A stretch of 63,736 nt of DNA, filler included, from Halocafeteria seosinensis (taxonomy: Eukaryota), in NCBI GenBank assembly GCA_001687465.1. It is 5 parts of 5 records of this genome, joined end to end, with 100 filler letters (N's around TTAATTAATTAA, not from the genome) between each part and the next. Parts side by side here need not be neighbours in the genome. Positions count along the whole stretch, not along the records: positions 17,536 to 27,472 come from LVLI01000077.1; positions 27,573 to 47,500 come from LVLI01000082.1; 3 more parts are not named here. The stretch is one strand, 5' to 3'. The notes beneath the pieces were generated by a model that was given only the letters and a program-made list of their open reading frames with translations, did no database searches and was not told the DNA's origin. The position numbers were made by a program, and so were the translations under genes. Below are positions 22,142-34,451 of this stretch, in pieces (position 1 is the first letter of the stretch; every line of letters starts with the position of its first letter).

Positions 22142-24730
22142 ATGGGACGCCACGGGGCTATCTTCAATGAGGTTATGGAGGAGCCCACAAGAGCCATGGG
22201 GTACAAGAAGTTCCTCCATATTCTCAAGCCGTACTTCGCGCCCCGAAACGTGTCGGATCGGATCCGAGCGTTTTCGTGCTTTGCTTGCTTGGGAGCGGCT
22301 AAAGTCTGCAGCATTATGGGACCAGTTTACTTGGGGAATGCCACTGATGAATTAGCAGCGGGAACATTCCCTGTCACCTCGCTGATATTATTTTCTGGAC
22401 TGGCATTTGGATCGAAAGGCTTCAACGAGTTACAGCGGATTATTTACCTGAGAGTGAAAGAAGTGGCAGGTGTCGAATTGGCGGAAACAGTAAGTCACAA
22501 CAAGTTGGTCCTCGGTCAATTGTGATGCCAGTGCCTCATGTTTCACTACTCTCCGCAGTCGTTTGCTCATGTGCAAACTTTAAGTTTGAATTGGCATCTA
22601 ACAAAGAAGTCTGGTGTTGTTTTACGAGCCATGGATCGTGGGGTACAAAGCGCGTCTACCGTGGTAGATATGCTATTTCTTCGACTCGTGCCTACCGTCG
22701 TCGAGTTGCTCGTACTCGTAGTGATCTTCGCCACGGTATTAAATGCGCCATGGCCGTCTTTGTCGCTCTTTGTAGGATTTACTCTTTATGCGGTAATTAC
22801 ATACTTGTTGACCAGATGGCGGCGGAAGATTAGGACCCGTCAGAATCGAGTAGGTACGTTTTGCGCATTCACTTCTTCGTTCCTATCTGCGGAACATAAC
22901 CAACTCTGTCACTCGTCGCAGATAATGAAGCGAATCAGAGAGCCGTGGAGGCGTTAACTAACTTTGAAACTGTCAAGTATTTCACAAATGAACACTACGA
23001 GTTGGACCGGTATTCTGATTCGATGAGGAGGTATATGAGAGCGAACAAGCAAACTCAAGTAAGAAGCGAATAGTTGGCTGTTAGACTACATGGATTGTAT
23101 TGACGCTTTTATGTTCATTGGAAACGATTACAGTATTCTCTTGGTTCGCTCAATATCCTCCAAGAGCTCATCATGAAACTAACTCAATTGAGTGTATTAC
23201 TGCTTGCTGCTCGCCAAGTCCTAGATGGCCCAACTACGGTTGGTGACTTTGTCACCATTAACTCGTACGTTGTACAAGTATTTACCCCCTTGAGTTTCCT
23301 CGGAACAATCTACAGGTACGTTGGTTCGCGGTGGTATTGTCCATGAAATTATTTTCCGGGGAACGTTACCGTACATGCTCACTTGTGGATGCGTCAGCGT
23401 ATTGATCAATTCTTACACCGACATGACGAATCTCGCTGACTTGTTGGAAGAGAAACCTGACGTGACCGATAAGCCAGATGCGATTAACTTTTACGTGAAT
23501 CCTTCGAAAGGGGCAGAAATAGAATTCAAAGACGTTTGGTTCAAGTACCCCAAAAAAGTGCGTTATATTCGTTCGTCAAAGTGTTTCGTACAGTCCTTTT
23601 GACTGGGTGTATCGATGGGACACAGAGAGGCACCATCGTGGATACTCGAGACGAATACAGAGAGGGAGAAGGTTTGGAAGGGCAGCGCGAGAGTATTGGA
23701 AAGAGTGAACCAAACAAGTCAAATAGTGCGAAGGGGAAGACTGAGCGAGAAACAGCTCCCTTGTCCGAGAACATCGAAGTGAAGGTGGGAGAAGAGGAGG
23801 AACCCGAAGAGCGTTATGTCCTGAAAGGTATCAGTTTCAAGATCCCTCCTGGTACGACAACTGCTGTTGTTGGACAAACAGGTTCGTATCGTTTCTGATT
23901 GTGTGACGTACTCTTGCTTCTTCCCTTCGTAGCGACATCTGTCTCTCCTTCAGGTGCGGGCAAGTCCACATTATCGCGTCTTCTTTTCCGCTTTTTTGAT
24001 GTTTCTCAAGGCCAAGTACTAATTAATGGATACGACCTCCGAGACCTTACTCAAAAGAGTTTGAGGCAATCTCTGGGTATCGTACCCCAGGATACCACAT
24101 TATTTAACGATACTATGGGTAGGTGGCGCTTTAAGCTGGTGTTGGACTCGTCAACACGAAGAAGAATGTTGCTTTCCCCTGTGTCCAGAATACAATCTTC
24201 GATACGGAAAACCAGAAGCTTCCGAAGAAGAGTTAGAGAAGGCTGTTTCCGACGCATCTCTTACTGAATTGATTCGACAGCTCCCGGAAGGATATGAGAG
24301 CCTGGTAGGGGAGAGAGGCCTTAAACTAAGTGGTGGAGAAAAACAGCGTGTGGCCATTGCACGAACATTGCTAAAGGATCCTCCAGTTCTAATTCTTGAC
24401 GAAGCGACTTCTTCACTCGACTCACGGACAGAAGCGGAAATCCAAGATGCAATTGCTAAGGTGCGAAGTGGACGCACAGTTTTGATTATTGCCCACAGGT
24501 TATCAACTATAGAAGACGCTGATAATATTTTGGTCCTAGACGAAGGCAAGGTCGTAGAGAGTGGAAATCACGAGCAACTTCTGGAGAAGAGGGGATACTA
24601 TTGCTCACTATGGGAGCAACAGGTTTATGGAAAGCAACAGAAAGACACAAACGCTGATGATGACGACCAAGAGAATGCCACCGTGAATGGAACCACCACA
24701 CCCAAATCGTTTGAAAATGGCAGACTTTGA
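22142..24730 (+). CDS. ABCB half transporter, ATM1/HMT1-like, copy 2, multi-exon
   Basis: Near-identical tandem copy ~3.73 kb downstream with the same motifs and introns. Confidence 0.92.
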
Positions 24731-25873
24731 ATGAAAATGAGACTTCCTATTTGAATTTCCCTCGGTTCCTGATGATCATGATGGGGAAAGCGTTTCTCTG
24801 GCTACTGGCTCTGGAAGCTGCTTCTTTTCTTCCTCCACTCTTGACCTTCCAATGGTCCAGTTTCAGTCCCATCAGCGTCCCGCCAACATGCTTGGCGCTT
24901 GAATGAAAGAGAGCGATGCTGCTTCCTGTAGGATTTCCCTCGTTTCTGGACCTAGTTTGTATCTAGAGATACGTACAAGTGACGTATCATTAGCCATGTA
25001 AGACTTCATCACATATTCCTCAAGGAATAATGTCCGTTAAATTTATTTATCCCACGAAGAACTCCCTTTTTGTTAGGTATCTTAACTTCCGCTCGTTCCT
25101 GCCAAAGGAGGGGAATTGGTCAAAGTTCACACTATATCCGTAGAATCACTGCGTAGGATGCTTCCAAGTCGTCTGGTGCGCAGGCATTACAAGTTGTACA
25201 AGAGATAAATAGACCGAATTTTTGGATTATATTACTCGTTTGTGTATTTATTTTATTAAAAGCAACACGGTTCGTTTTTGACCCAAAGGTTCACTATACA
25301 TACATGTAGATGTACAGACTGTAACACCGATGGAGTGCTCATAATTGAAACGGAGCTCAAAGCACGGGAAATACTGTAGAAGTCCAGTGAGTGGCTATAG
25401 TTCCAAACAGTGTTACATCTGTACATGTGCATGTGAGCGACCGTACCGCTACCACGTGACACTTTAGTTGCCTGAACACCACCAATGGTACAAGCTCCAA
25501 CAACTCCAAGTCGTTATGGTAAACGATACGTGTGACTATTGGAGAGGGAGCATTACGGAAAATGTACTACCACGAGCGCGTAACTCCAGCTCTACCGGGT
25601 GCTGGGACCTCAAAGGTCCACGTCGCCAACCTCGAACGAAGTTCACCGAACTTCGCTCAGAGTGAGCGAAATGTTTGCCCGGTTGGAGGTGTAGGTGTTA
25701 CTTGGTACGTGTTTCTAATTGGCATTGATTCATTTGTCATCCTAATGATAACTTATATAAGCAGTTTGTGCAGAGTGGATGGGTTTTAGGACTCCTGCGT
25801 TTATCCCTACCTTTTGGTATGTTCAAGTAGAAATTACTTCATTCGAAGAAGAGTACTTGCTGGCTTGGAAAAC

Positions 25874-27472
25874 ATGGGACGCCACGGGGCTATCTTCAAT
25901 GAGGTTATGGAGGAGCCCACAAGAGCCATGGGGTACAAGAAGTTCCTCCATATTCTCAAGCCGTACTTCGCGCCCCGAAATGTGTCGGATCGGATCCGAG
26001 CGTTTTCGTGCTTTGCTTGCTTGGGAGCGGCTAAAGTCTGCAGCATTATGGGACCAGTTTACTTGGGGAATGCCACTGACGAATTAGCAGCGGGAACATT
26101 CCCTGTCACCTCCCTGATATTATTTTCCGGACTGGCATTTGGATCGAAAGGCTTCAACGAGTTACAGCGGATTATTTATCTGAGAGTAAAAGAAGTGGCA
26201 GGTGTCGAATTGGCGGAAACAGTAAGTCACAACAAGTTGGTCCTCGGTCAATGGTGATGTTAGTGCCTCATGTTTCACTACTTTCCGCAGTCGTTTGCTC
26301 ATGTGCAAACCTTAAGTCTGAATTGGCATCTAACAAAGAAGTCTGGTGTTGTTTTACGAGCCATGGATCGTGGGGTACAAAGCGCGTCTACGGTGGTAGA
26401 TATGCTATTTCTTCGACTCGTGCCTACCGTCGTCGAGTTGCTCGTACTTGTAGTGATCTTCGCCACGGCGTTAAATGCTCCGTGGCCGTCTTTGTCGCTC
26501 TTTATAGGGTTTACTCTTTACGCGGTAACCACTTACTTGTTGACCAGATGGCGGCGGAAGATTAGGACTCGTCAGAATCGAGTAGGTACGTTTTGCGCAC
26601 TCATCTCTTCGTTCCTATCTGCGGAACATAACCAACTCTGTCACTCGTCGCAGATAATGAAGCGAATCAGAGAGCCGTGGAGGCGTTAACTAACTTTGAA
26701 ACTGTCAAGTATTTCACAAATGAAAACTACGAGTTGGACCGGTATTCTGATTCGATGAGGAGGTATATGAGAGCGAACAAGCAAACTCAAGTAAGAAGCG
26801 AATAGTTGCTGTTAGACTACATGGATTGTATTGACGCTTCTATTTTCATTGGAAACGATTACAGTATTCTCTTGGTTCGCTCAATATCCTCCAAGAGCTC
26901 ATCATGAAACTAACTCAATTGAGTGTATTATTGCTTGCTGCTCGCCAAGTCCTAGATGGCCCTACTACCGTTGGTGACTTTGTCACCATTAACTCGTACG
27001 TTGTGCAAGTATTTACCCCCTTGAGTTTCCTCGGAACAATCTACAGGTACGTTGGTTCGCGGTGGTATTGTCCATGAAATTATTTTCTGGGGAACATTAC
27101 CGTACATGCTCACTTTTGGATGCGTCAGCGTATTGATCAATTCTTACACCGACATGACGAATCTCGCTGACTTGTTGGAAGAGAAACCTGACGTAACCGA
27201 TAAGCCAGATGCGATTAACTTCTACGTGAATCCTTCGAAAGGGGCAGAAATAGAATTCAAAGACGTTTGGTTCAAGTACCCCCAAGCAGTACGTAATATT
27301 CGTTCGTCAAAGTGTTCCGTACAATCCTTTTGACTGGGTGTATCAATGGGACACAGAGAGGCACCATCGTGGATACTCGAGACGAATACAGAGAGGGAGA
27401 AGATTTGGAAGGGCAGCGCGAGAGTATTGGAAAGAGTGAACCAAGCAAGTCGAATAGTGCAAAGGGGAAGAC
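25874..27472 (+). CDS. ABCB half transporter, ATM1/HMT1-like, copy 3 (cut by contig end)
   Basis: Third tandem copy running into the linker. Confidence 0.88.
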
Positions 27473-27572
27473 NNNNNNNNNNNNNNNNNNNNNNNNNNNN
27501 NNNNNNNNNNNNNNNNTTAATTAATTAANNNNNNNNNNNNNNNNNNNNNNNNNNNNNNNNNNNNNNNNNNNN
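27473..27572. other. Artificial contig linker
   Basis: N-run with TTAATTAATTAA. Confidence 0.97.
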
Positions 27573-27624
27573 CCTGTCGGCATACCCAGAGTCTATACGC
27601 AGAGACGAAGCTTCCTATGAGCAA

Positions 27625-30264
27625 GTGCCCGACATTGAGTACTTCGATTCACCACCTCGACCAGAAAAGATTAGGAGGCAATATGAACTTGAAACGCGGG
27701 CTTTAGAAGAAACTGTCAACAAGTACAGGAAAGTTGTAAGTGATGTCATGAAAATTCGGAAGGGGTCTTCTTTGGGACCTGCCCAAAGGCTTTTGTCTGA
27801 ATGGTTCGTACCACTAACGCGGGCCATTGATGAAGAACAAGCTGCAGTGACTCATGGTGACGCTGCTACTGATCGGAATGTATATGGACCTTACCTCCTT
27901 TTATTGAAACCGGATAAACTGGCAGTCATTGCAATGCATGAAACGTTAAATTTGGTCTTATCATTCGGTGGAGCGGTTAAGGTAGTTCAAGTAATGACGG
28001 CAATAGGAGAAGCAGTAAGAGCCGAAGTTAATATGGTGAAACTAAAATCTAAGGACAGACGCCTGTGGACTCAACTCCAAGGTCCCATGGACGGGAAAAA
28101 GATGAGGCGCTTGAGGCAGGGTGCAAAGAAAGCTATCGATGGATCGGAATGGCCTCGAGGGCACGTTCTCAAACTTGGTGGTGTCTTAGTGGATTGCTTG
28201 CTGAAAAGTTCCTTCGTGGATGTTCCTCGTGATTTTGCGGAAGAATGCCAGGACGAATTTTCCCTGGAGGATGGTCAGAAGACCCCCGAGAATGAAAAAC
28301 CGCATGCAAAACGGAATGAAGAAAGTTGGCGTTTTCCTGCTTTTGTACATCGATCTCGACAGAGCTCCTCGACCAAGCGAATCGGCGAAATCCGCTGTCA
28401 TCCTTACATCCAACACCTGCTCGAGAATAATCCTGTGTCAAATCAGCAAGCCATGTCTTTTCCTATGGTTGTACCGCCCAAGCCGTGGAGAGCTCCCAAC
28501 AGTGGTGGCTACTTAAAGCAGAGAATTCCGCTCATGCGTTTCAGAGGATCAAAGTTGCAAGGCACGGCGCTAAAACATGCTCATATACCCCAGGTGTATG
28601 AAGGGTTGAACTGCCTTGGAAGGGTGCCATTTCAAATAAATCACGACATCCATGATATTGTGAAACAGGTGTGGGAAAATGGAGGAGGCATAGCGGAGAT
28701 TCCCTCGAGGAGCGACGTGTCTCTGCCGGCGGAGCCTGACTTTTCACAGGCTACTGATGAACAAGAAGAAAACTTGATGCGCAAACGCTACCGGCTTTCC
28801 GTCGCCAAATCAAAACAAACAAACTCAGATTTGCATAGCCTTAGGTGCGATATGAGCTTAAAGCTCCAGGTGGCCGACATGTTTCGGAACGAGGAGGCAA
28901 TGTATTTTCCTTTTAATCTTGATTTCCGGGGTCGCGCGTACCCGGTACCTCCCCATTTGAATCACATGGGGTCAGACGTTTGCCGTGGGTTACTGAAATT
29001 TGGCGTTAGGAAGCGTCTAGGGGAAAGAGGATTGCGATGGACGAAAATCCATTTGTCTAATCTAATGGGTGTCGATAAAGTATCGTTTGATGATCGCGTG
29101 AACTACGTAGAAGAAAATTGGGACAAAGTGATGGATAGTGCCCGAGCACCGCTCGAAAGCGAACAATGGTGGCTGACGGGGGACAGCCCCTGGCAAGCTC
29201 TAGCCACGTGTATCGAATTGTATAATGCCTATAGTTGCTCGTCACCGGAAGACTATGAGTCTTCTCTCCCTGTTCATCAAGACGGCTCCTGCAACGGACT
29301 TCAACACTATGCTGCTTTAGGACGGGATGAACATGGAGGCCGAGCTGTCAACTTGAGGAATGCTGATAAACCTCAGGATGTATATACTGAAGTGCTCCAG
29401 CTGGTGTTGAAGAAGGTAGAGGATGAGTCAAACTCTACTGGACCGCCTTCTGGTAGCGAGGCTACCGAACACGAAATCAGGTCTTGGAAACAAGACAAAG
29501 AAGCAGCGAACTTTGTTAGTGGTTTTGTTGATAGGAAAGTGGTGAAGCAGACGGTGATGACGTCTGTCTACGGAGTAACATTTATAGGTGCGAGAGAACA
29601 GATTCGAGCTCGGCTGGAAGAGCGCTTTGACCCCGCTGTGAACGAGGTTGCTGCACAAATGCATGTGGATGAGTTAGAGAACGCCCTATGGAACGCATCA
29701 CGATATTTGGCCAAGGTGACTCTAGGCTCTATAGAGGAAATTTTCAGTGCCGCCGACGCCATAAAAGAATGGCTGGGCAATGCCGCCCGCTTGGTTGCAC
29801 TACACAATCAACCCGTTTCATGGGTTACACCTCTAGGACTTCCCGTGGTACAGCCATATCGAAGACAACAGGCGCTTCTGGTGAAGACCATTTTACAAGA
29901 TGTAGTTGTTGTAAACGACAGCGATCAACTTCCCGTGTCCTCGCAAAGGCAAAAATCAGCGTTTCCGCCGAACTATATCCATAGTCTTGATTCAACTCAC
30001 ATGTTACTTACGGCTATCGATTGCACCCGCAGGGGGCTTACTTTCTCTGCCGTTCATGATTCGTTCTGGACCCATGCTGCAGATGTCGACACTATGAATG
30101 TCTCCATAAGGGATCAATTCATTAAGTTATATTCAATGCCTTTACTGGAGCAATTTCGTGAGACACTGCAAATCCGTTTCCCTCATATTGACTTCCCTCC
30201 CCTACCAGAACGAGGAAACTTGGACCTGGAAGAAATCCGGCAATCGGCATACTTTTTTAGCTGA
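27625..30264 (+). CDS. RPOT: Single-subunit T3/T7-type RNA polymerase, nuclear-encoded mitochondrial type; 5' end probably missing
   Basis: LDFRGRAYP, HQDGSCNGLQHY, RKVVKQTVMTSVYG, PPNYIHSLDSTH, VHDSFWTH motifs. Confidence 0.93.
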   Translation: MPDIEYFDSPPRPEKIRRQYELETRALEETVNKYRKVVSDVMKIRKGSSLGPAQRLLSEWFVPLTRAIDEEQAAVTHGDAATDRNVYGPYLLLLKPDKLAVIAMHETLNLVLSFGGAVKVVQVMTAIGEAVRAEVNMVKLKSKDRRLWTQLQGPMDGKKMRRLRQGAKKAIDGSEWPRGHVLKLGGVLVDCLLKSSFVDVPRDFAEECQDEFSLEDGQKTPENEKPHAKRNEESWRFPAFVHRSRQSSSTKRIGEIRCHPYIQHLLENNPVSNQQAMSFPMVVPPKPWRAPNSGGYLKQRIPLMRFRGSKLQGTALKHAHIPQVYEGLNCLGRVPFQINHDIHDIVKQVWENGGGIAEIPSRSDVSLPAEPDFSQATDEQEENLMRKRYRLSVAKSKQTNSDLHSLRCDMSLKLQVADMFRNEEAMYFPFNLDFRGRAYPVPPHLNHMGSDVCRGLLKFGVRKRLGERGLRWTKIHLSNLMGVDKVSFDDRVNYVEENWDKVMDSARAPLESEQWWLTGDSPWQALATCIELYNAYSCSSPEDYESSLPVHQDGSCNGLQHYAALGRDEHGGRAVNLRNADKPQDVYTEVLQLVLKKVEDESNSTGPPSGSEATEHEIRSWKQDKEAANFVSGFVDRKVVKQTVMTSVYGVTFIGAREQIRARLEERFDPAVNEVAAQMHVDELENALWNASRYLAKVTLGSIEEIFSAADAIKEWLGNAARLVALHNQPVSWVTPLGLPVVQPYRRQQALLVKTILQDVVVVNDSDQLPVSSQRQKSAFPPNYIHSLDSTHMLLTAIDCTRRGLTFSAVHDSFWTHAADVDTMNVSIRDQFIKLYSMPLLEQFRETLQIRFPHIDFPPLPERGNLDLEEIRQSAYFFS

Positions 30265-30644
30265 GCTTTTCTAGATTGCTGATCTCAAAGCCGATTTTCT
30301 TTAGGGATAGAATCTTTCCAGCAAGGCGTTTCAATTTGAGAGCCTCAAGTCTGACGCTAGTGGTTGCATCTCATTTGCAAATTTCATCGGTGGTGAATGT
30401 AATGATGAGTTGTTGGGAAGTGGGAAAAATAATGTATACAGAAAGCATTGAAACACTCATAGGGCACACCAGTAGCGCTGACCCTCACTTCGTTGTCTCC
30501 GCTGTACACGCATCAGACCCGCTTGTCCAGATACGCCTTGAAACTCACAGGCTACAACACGACCAGTCTCACCGTCCAGGAAAATGCCATCATGCATTGG
30601 TCATCCCGAGGGTTATATCACTTAGAGTTTGTTCTGAAAGTGTC

Positions 30645-31333
30645 TTAGGTCGCCGTGTTCAAGAAGAACACTACCGATTGGGACGCCGTAACAGTTGCTT
30701 CGGCCGAATGTGTAGAAGTGGGGGTTCGCGTCCTAGTCGGTGTGGGTGTGCTAGTTGTTGATACGGTAGGGGCACCACTGGCTGACGTCATTCCAGTTCT
30801 TGATGTTGTCGGTGTCGCAGTTCTCGATAGTGTCGGTGTCATGGTCGCCGTCCTCGAGGAACTTCTAGAGCTAGAGGGAGTTTGAGTGCCCGACGAAGAA
30901 GGCGTTTCCGTACCGGTGTTTGATGAAGAGCCTGTCCTTGATGAAGCGTCACCCCACACCCAATCCCCGACATCTGCCGTCTCTGTTCAGGGCACACTAA
31001 TGGCTCAATCAATCACGCCTACACGGGCTCTCACGGGGAAGTCGCAGGTAGCCGGCTCGCTGGACAGGCATGACGCAATCAGAGATTCCATAGCAGGATC
31101 TCTCACGTACTGGGGGATGCGGGCGAAAACGGAGCAGCCGATAAGCGCAACCACGAAGAGAAGACCAGACATCGACCAGAGGGCATATACGCGTAACGCG
31201 ATTGATGCCACGGTCCCCCACCCTTCAACAAACCGACGTATGCCACGCTGATAAGAGAGAGAGAGAGACAGAGACAGAGTGAAGGACAACAAATATCTCA
31301 AGCTGGCAAGGGAGGCGGAGAAGCTCTTCATTC
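30645..31333 (-). pseudogene. Partial paralog of the GLUG/Thr-Ser-stalk surface protein
   Basis: 30645-30945 closely matches 34508-34900 (TPTPTRTRTPTSTHSAEATVT); no beta-repeat region upstream. Confidence 0.6.
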
Positions 31334-32035
31334 CATTCGTCTACCAAACCTACAAGTGCTCACCTTTTGAAGGAGCTGTATGATAGCCTATCATTGATAG
31401 GCCGTCCACGGTGCCCTGTTTGTAAGGGATCTTCTCCTACGCTGTTCGGTGCAGCGGAGCAACTGTAGAATGCTGTGCAAGTGGTTGCATTTAGTAATGC
31501 CCAATACGGCGTATGAAGGGAGGCTAATGGGGCAAGTAGTATTGGCCCAGTACCAAATGGTAATGGGTACGTACTATAGTTGAAGTTAAATACACACACA
31601 GAAATTGTTAGTGTGTTGTGACACTTTGTGTTTCTTTCAATAAGCCTTGTATGTGAGTCAATGGTGTACAATGCACCGTGTATTGAGAAATTGTGTGTGT
31701 TCAACATGTATCAAAATACGTAATGTCGTATTCACAGCAAGCTTATGGAAAATATCACATGAACATTGTTGGTGTGGTGGAGGTGTTACCGATTAACAGA
31801 AAGGTGGGGAAGGGAACAAAGGGTCCATAGCTTGCCAGGGCGCGTACAAGGAAACACAGTCAGCCTTTATATCCTTGACTGCAAGAAGATGAAGATGTTC
31901 ATTGTTGCCAAGTGTACTACAGCTGTCAGAGTGTAGTTAAGACGGCAAAGAGGGTGGATTCATTACATTTGTTGCGTTTCTTAGCAGGATCAACTGCGTT
32001 TCCTTAATCCCGAAATCACTCCAATAATAAAAAAA

Positions 32036-34047
32036 TGCAGCGAGTCATGCTTTGCACAAGAGCACGTCTCCTTGTCTCCAGTGAGTCATGGGCGCGGCTC
32101 TCTTTTCGTATTTAGCCGTGGGCTGACCACGAAAGTTCCAAACCTGTGGGAGAAGCTAAAAGTGGACAGTGAGCAACATGACGCAATTCCAAAGTCGCCT
32201 GTCATTGGAGCCGAGGCTTTTTTTGGGAAGGACCGGAGAGATCTTGGCGAATTTGAATACCTTCCACAGCTGAAAGAGCAAAAGAGCTGCAGGAGACGAC
32301 GACAGAGCTTCTAAAAGTCCGGGAGTTCCAAGGTGACCGTTTCACAAAACTTGCGCGAGAGGCAATCCATACTTTAGAAAAACCTGAAAACAAACACTTG
32401 AGGGTCTTTCTTCCATCTGATCTGATGTTCAATGGACAGAACTCTCCAATCCGCGAGACTCTGGATTCAGGGTTGGATCGCCTGTTTTTCACGGCTCACG
32501 CGGCAATACACGGTGGGTACCAGAATTTCTCTGGAATTGCGCTCAGTGGGGCTCGTGGGACTGGTAATCCATAATCCTGCGTCTGGTCGCCACACTTGGC
32601 GGGGTACTGATCCCCAACCTCCAGACGGTCTTCATGGAAGTGAGCTCACTTCCAGAGAGTCAGCGCAGCCCAATGCGTTGGGTACAAGCTTCATTGCAGG
32701 AAGTTGGGATGGAGGTTTCGCGAATCACATTCGCGAGTGAGGCACTCACAACTGCTTCCAAGGCAGACTGCGCGGTCTGTCTCTTCGTCGACGAGCTGCC
32801 TGCACTGTACATCGAGGACAAAGAACGGTCCCATCACGACGACTGGGCGCAAATCCACAGCTTCGTGAGTAATACGCAGCCGTCGTTTGCGATGGCGTCA
32901 GGATCGCATAGCCGACTCCCGTTATTGGTTCGTGGGACTGACCGTAATGCTATCAAGGAGACAACTGATGTGCAGAGTCCATTCGATAGCCTCAATGAGA
33001 CGAAGCTGAAGATCCGGCAGTTGCCTACGTTCCATACTCTGGAGCATTACGAAGCGTACTTCAACGGAGGACGTCAGGTAGCCGGTGTATCGTCAGAGGA
33101 GCTGAAGGATTCCAAGCAGCGTCGCCATCTCTTCACTCGGATGCACACGGAGACAGGAGGTGTCTTGCGGTCCATCCGCGCGTTTGCTGCATCAAAACCA
33201 CTGACGCTGTCACACCCGAACTTCCCATCAGAAAATTCCCTCCTCGGTAAGGTATATCGGCTGATGGCAAAAGATATTGCCGCTAACGCGGAAGCTGCAT
33301 CGATGGACCCATTCGATGTTTCTAAATTCGATAAAGATAAAATGAAATACTTCATAAACTGTGCGGCGTCTGAGTTGGATATACCTCGCGAAGATCTTGT
33401 GTATGAGAAGAGTCTGGCAGACTGGACAGAGCACGGATTCCTCTTTCGTAGTTCGGACTCTGACACTGATGAGAGTTTTCTCCTTCCTAAGTCCAAAGTA
33501 TTACGCTATGGCCCGACGGCGCCCTGCTGTATTCATCTCACATCGTATGAACGATCCCAATGTAAACAGCTTCCAGATGCTCGTCGAGAGGTTGCGCGAA
33601 GGTGACCTCGAGCGTGATGTGGACATCATTGTGTGCGAGGAACCGGAATCGAAGCAACACAAGGCTCCCAATATGACAACCTGGATGAAGGTTCAAGCAG
33701 ATGTGAGAGAGAAGGACAAGCTACAGAATCTCCTCGCCCGTAGTGCGTTGGTGCTGCTCACACGTTCTTACGCTGCGCACGTGGCTTAGGCACATCGCGC
33801 GGGAAGAAGCAATGGATGCTCCCTCGAATTTGACGCAATTGCTAAAGACAACTTGACATCACCCCGAGTCCTGTTTGTTCGCGATAGCGAAGACGCAAGC
33901 TTGGAAGATGTGATCTCCACAGTGGCCGACGGAGACGACGTTCTGGAGGAAAAACTCCTGGACAAAATGTGGTTCGACCTCCGTCAAGACAACGATGTAA
34001 GAACCCTTCGGATAATGGTGAGGTTCGGACCGCAGATCCCGAACTAG
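32036..34047 (+). pseudogene. P-loop NTPase fused to C-terminal TIR/SEFIR-like domain, frameshifted in this assembly
   Basis: Adding one A at ~32568 restores Walker A GARGTGKS; Walker B LFVDE; C-terminal AVFISHR...W...ALVLLTRSY...GCSLE; in-frame TAG at 33787. Confidence 0.6.
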
Positions 34048-34451
34048 GATGGACCTGCAAACTCTGACTTGGGAACGGCGGAGGTCGGAATGACCATAGT
34101 TGCAAAGAATCGTGTAAAACAATACCATACCGGTATAAAATAAAGTACATCTGATGTGGTCATTCAATGCCTCGAAATACCCTGACGTTTGTAGGTAGTG
34201 AAACTGATTCTGTACCCCGGAAAGTGTACGTTGATAGAAATGGTGTCACGCATGTGCAATATTGGTATGCGTCACTACATGATCGAGCATGTGGATCGTC
34301 TTTTTCGTTGTCTTCGTCGTTAGTGAGGTCAATGTCAATGTGCGGTTCGTTGTATCTCCTTGGTCCTCTAGTATAAATTCCATGGGTCGCCGTCTGCGAG
34401 ATACGTTCCAGGCAGGCATCGACTTCGGAATGCACATGCGCAACACCTTGG

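Noticed and set aside
27625..30264. T7-like polymerase as a phage or viral gene serving the virophage
   Set aside because: Host-like GC, motifs typical of nuclear-encoded mitochondrial enzymes, and ~12 kb of host DNA separate it from the virophage
31254..31280. GA microsatellite; also (TATATGG)3 near 63701
   Set aside because: Ordinary simple repeats, too short to call telomeric
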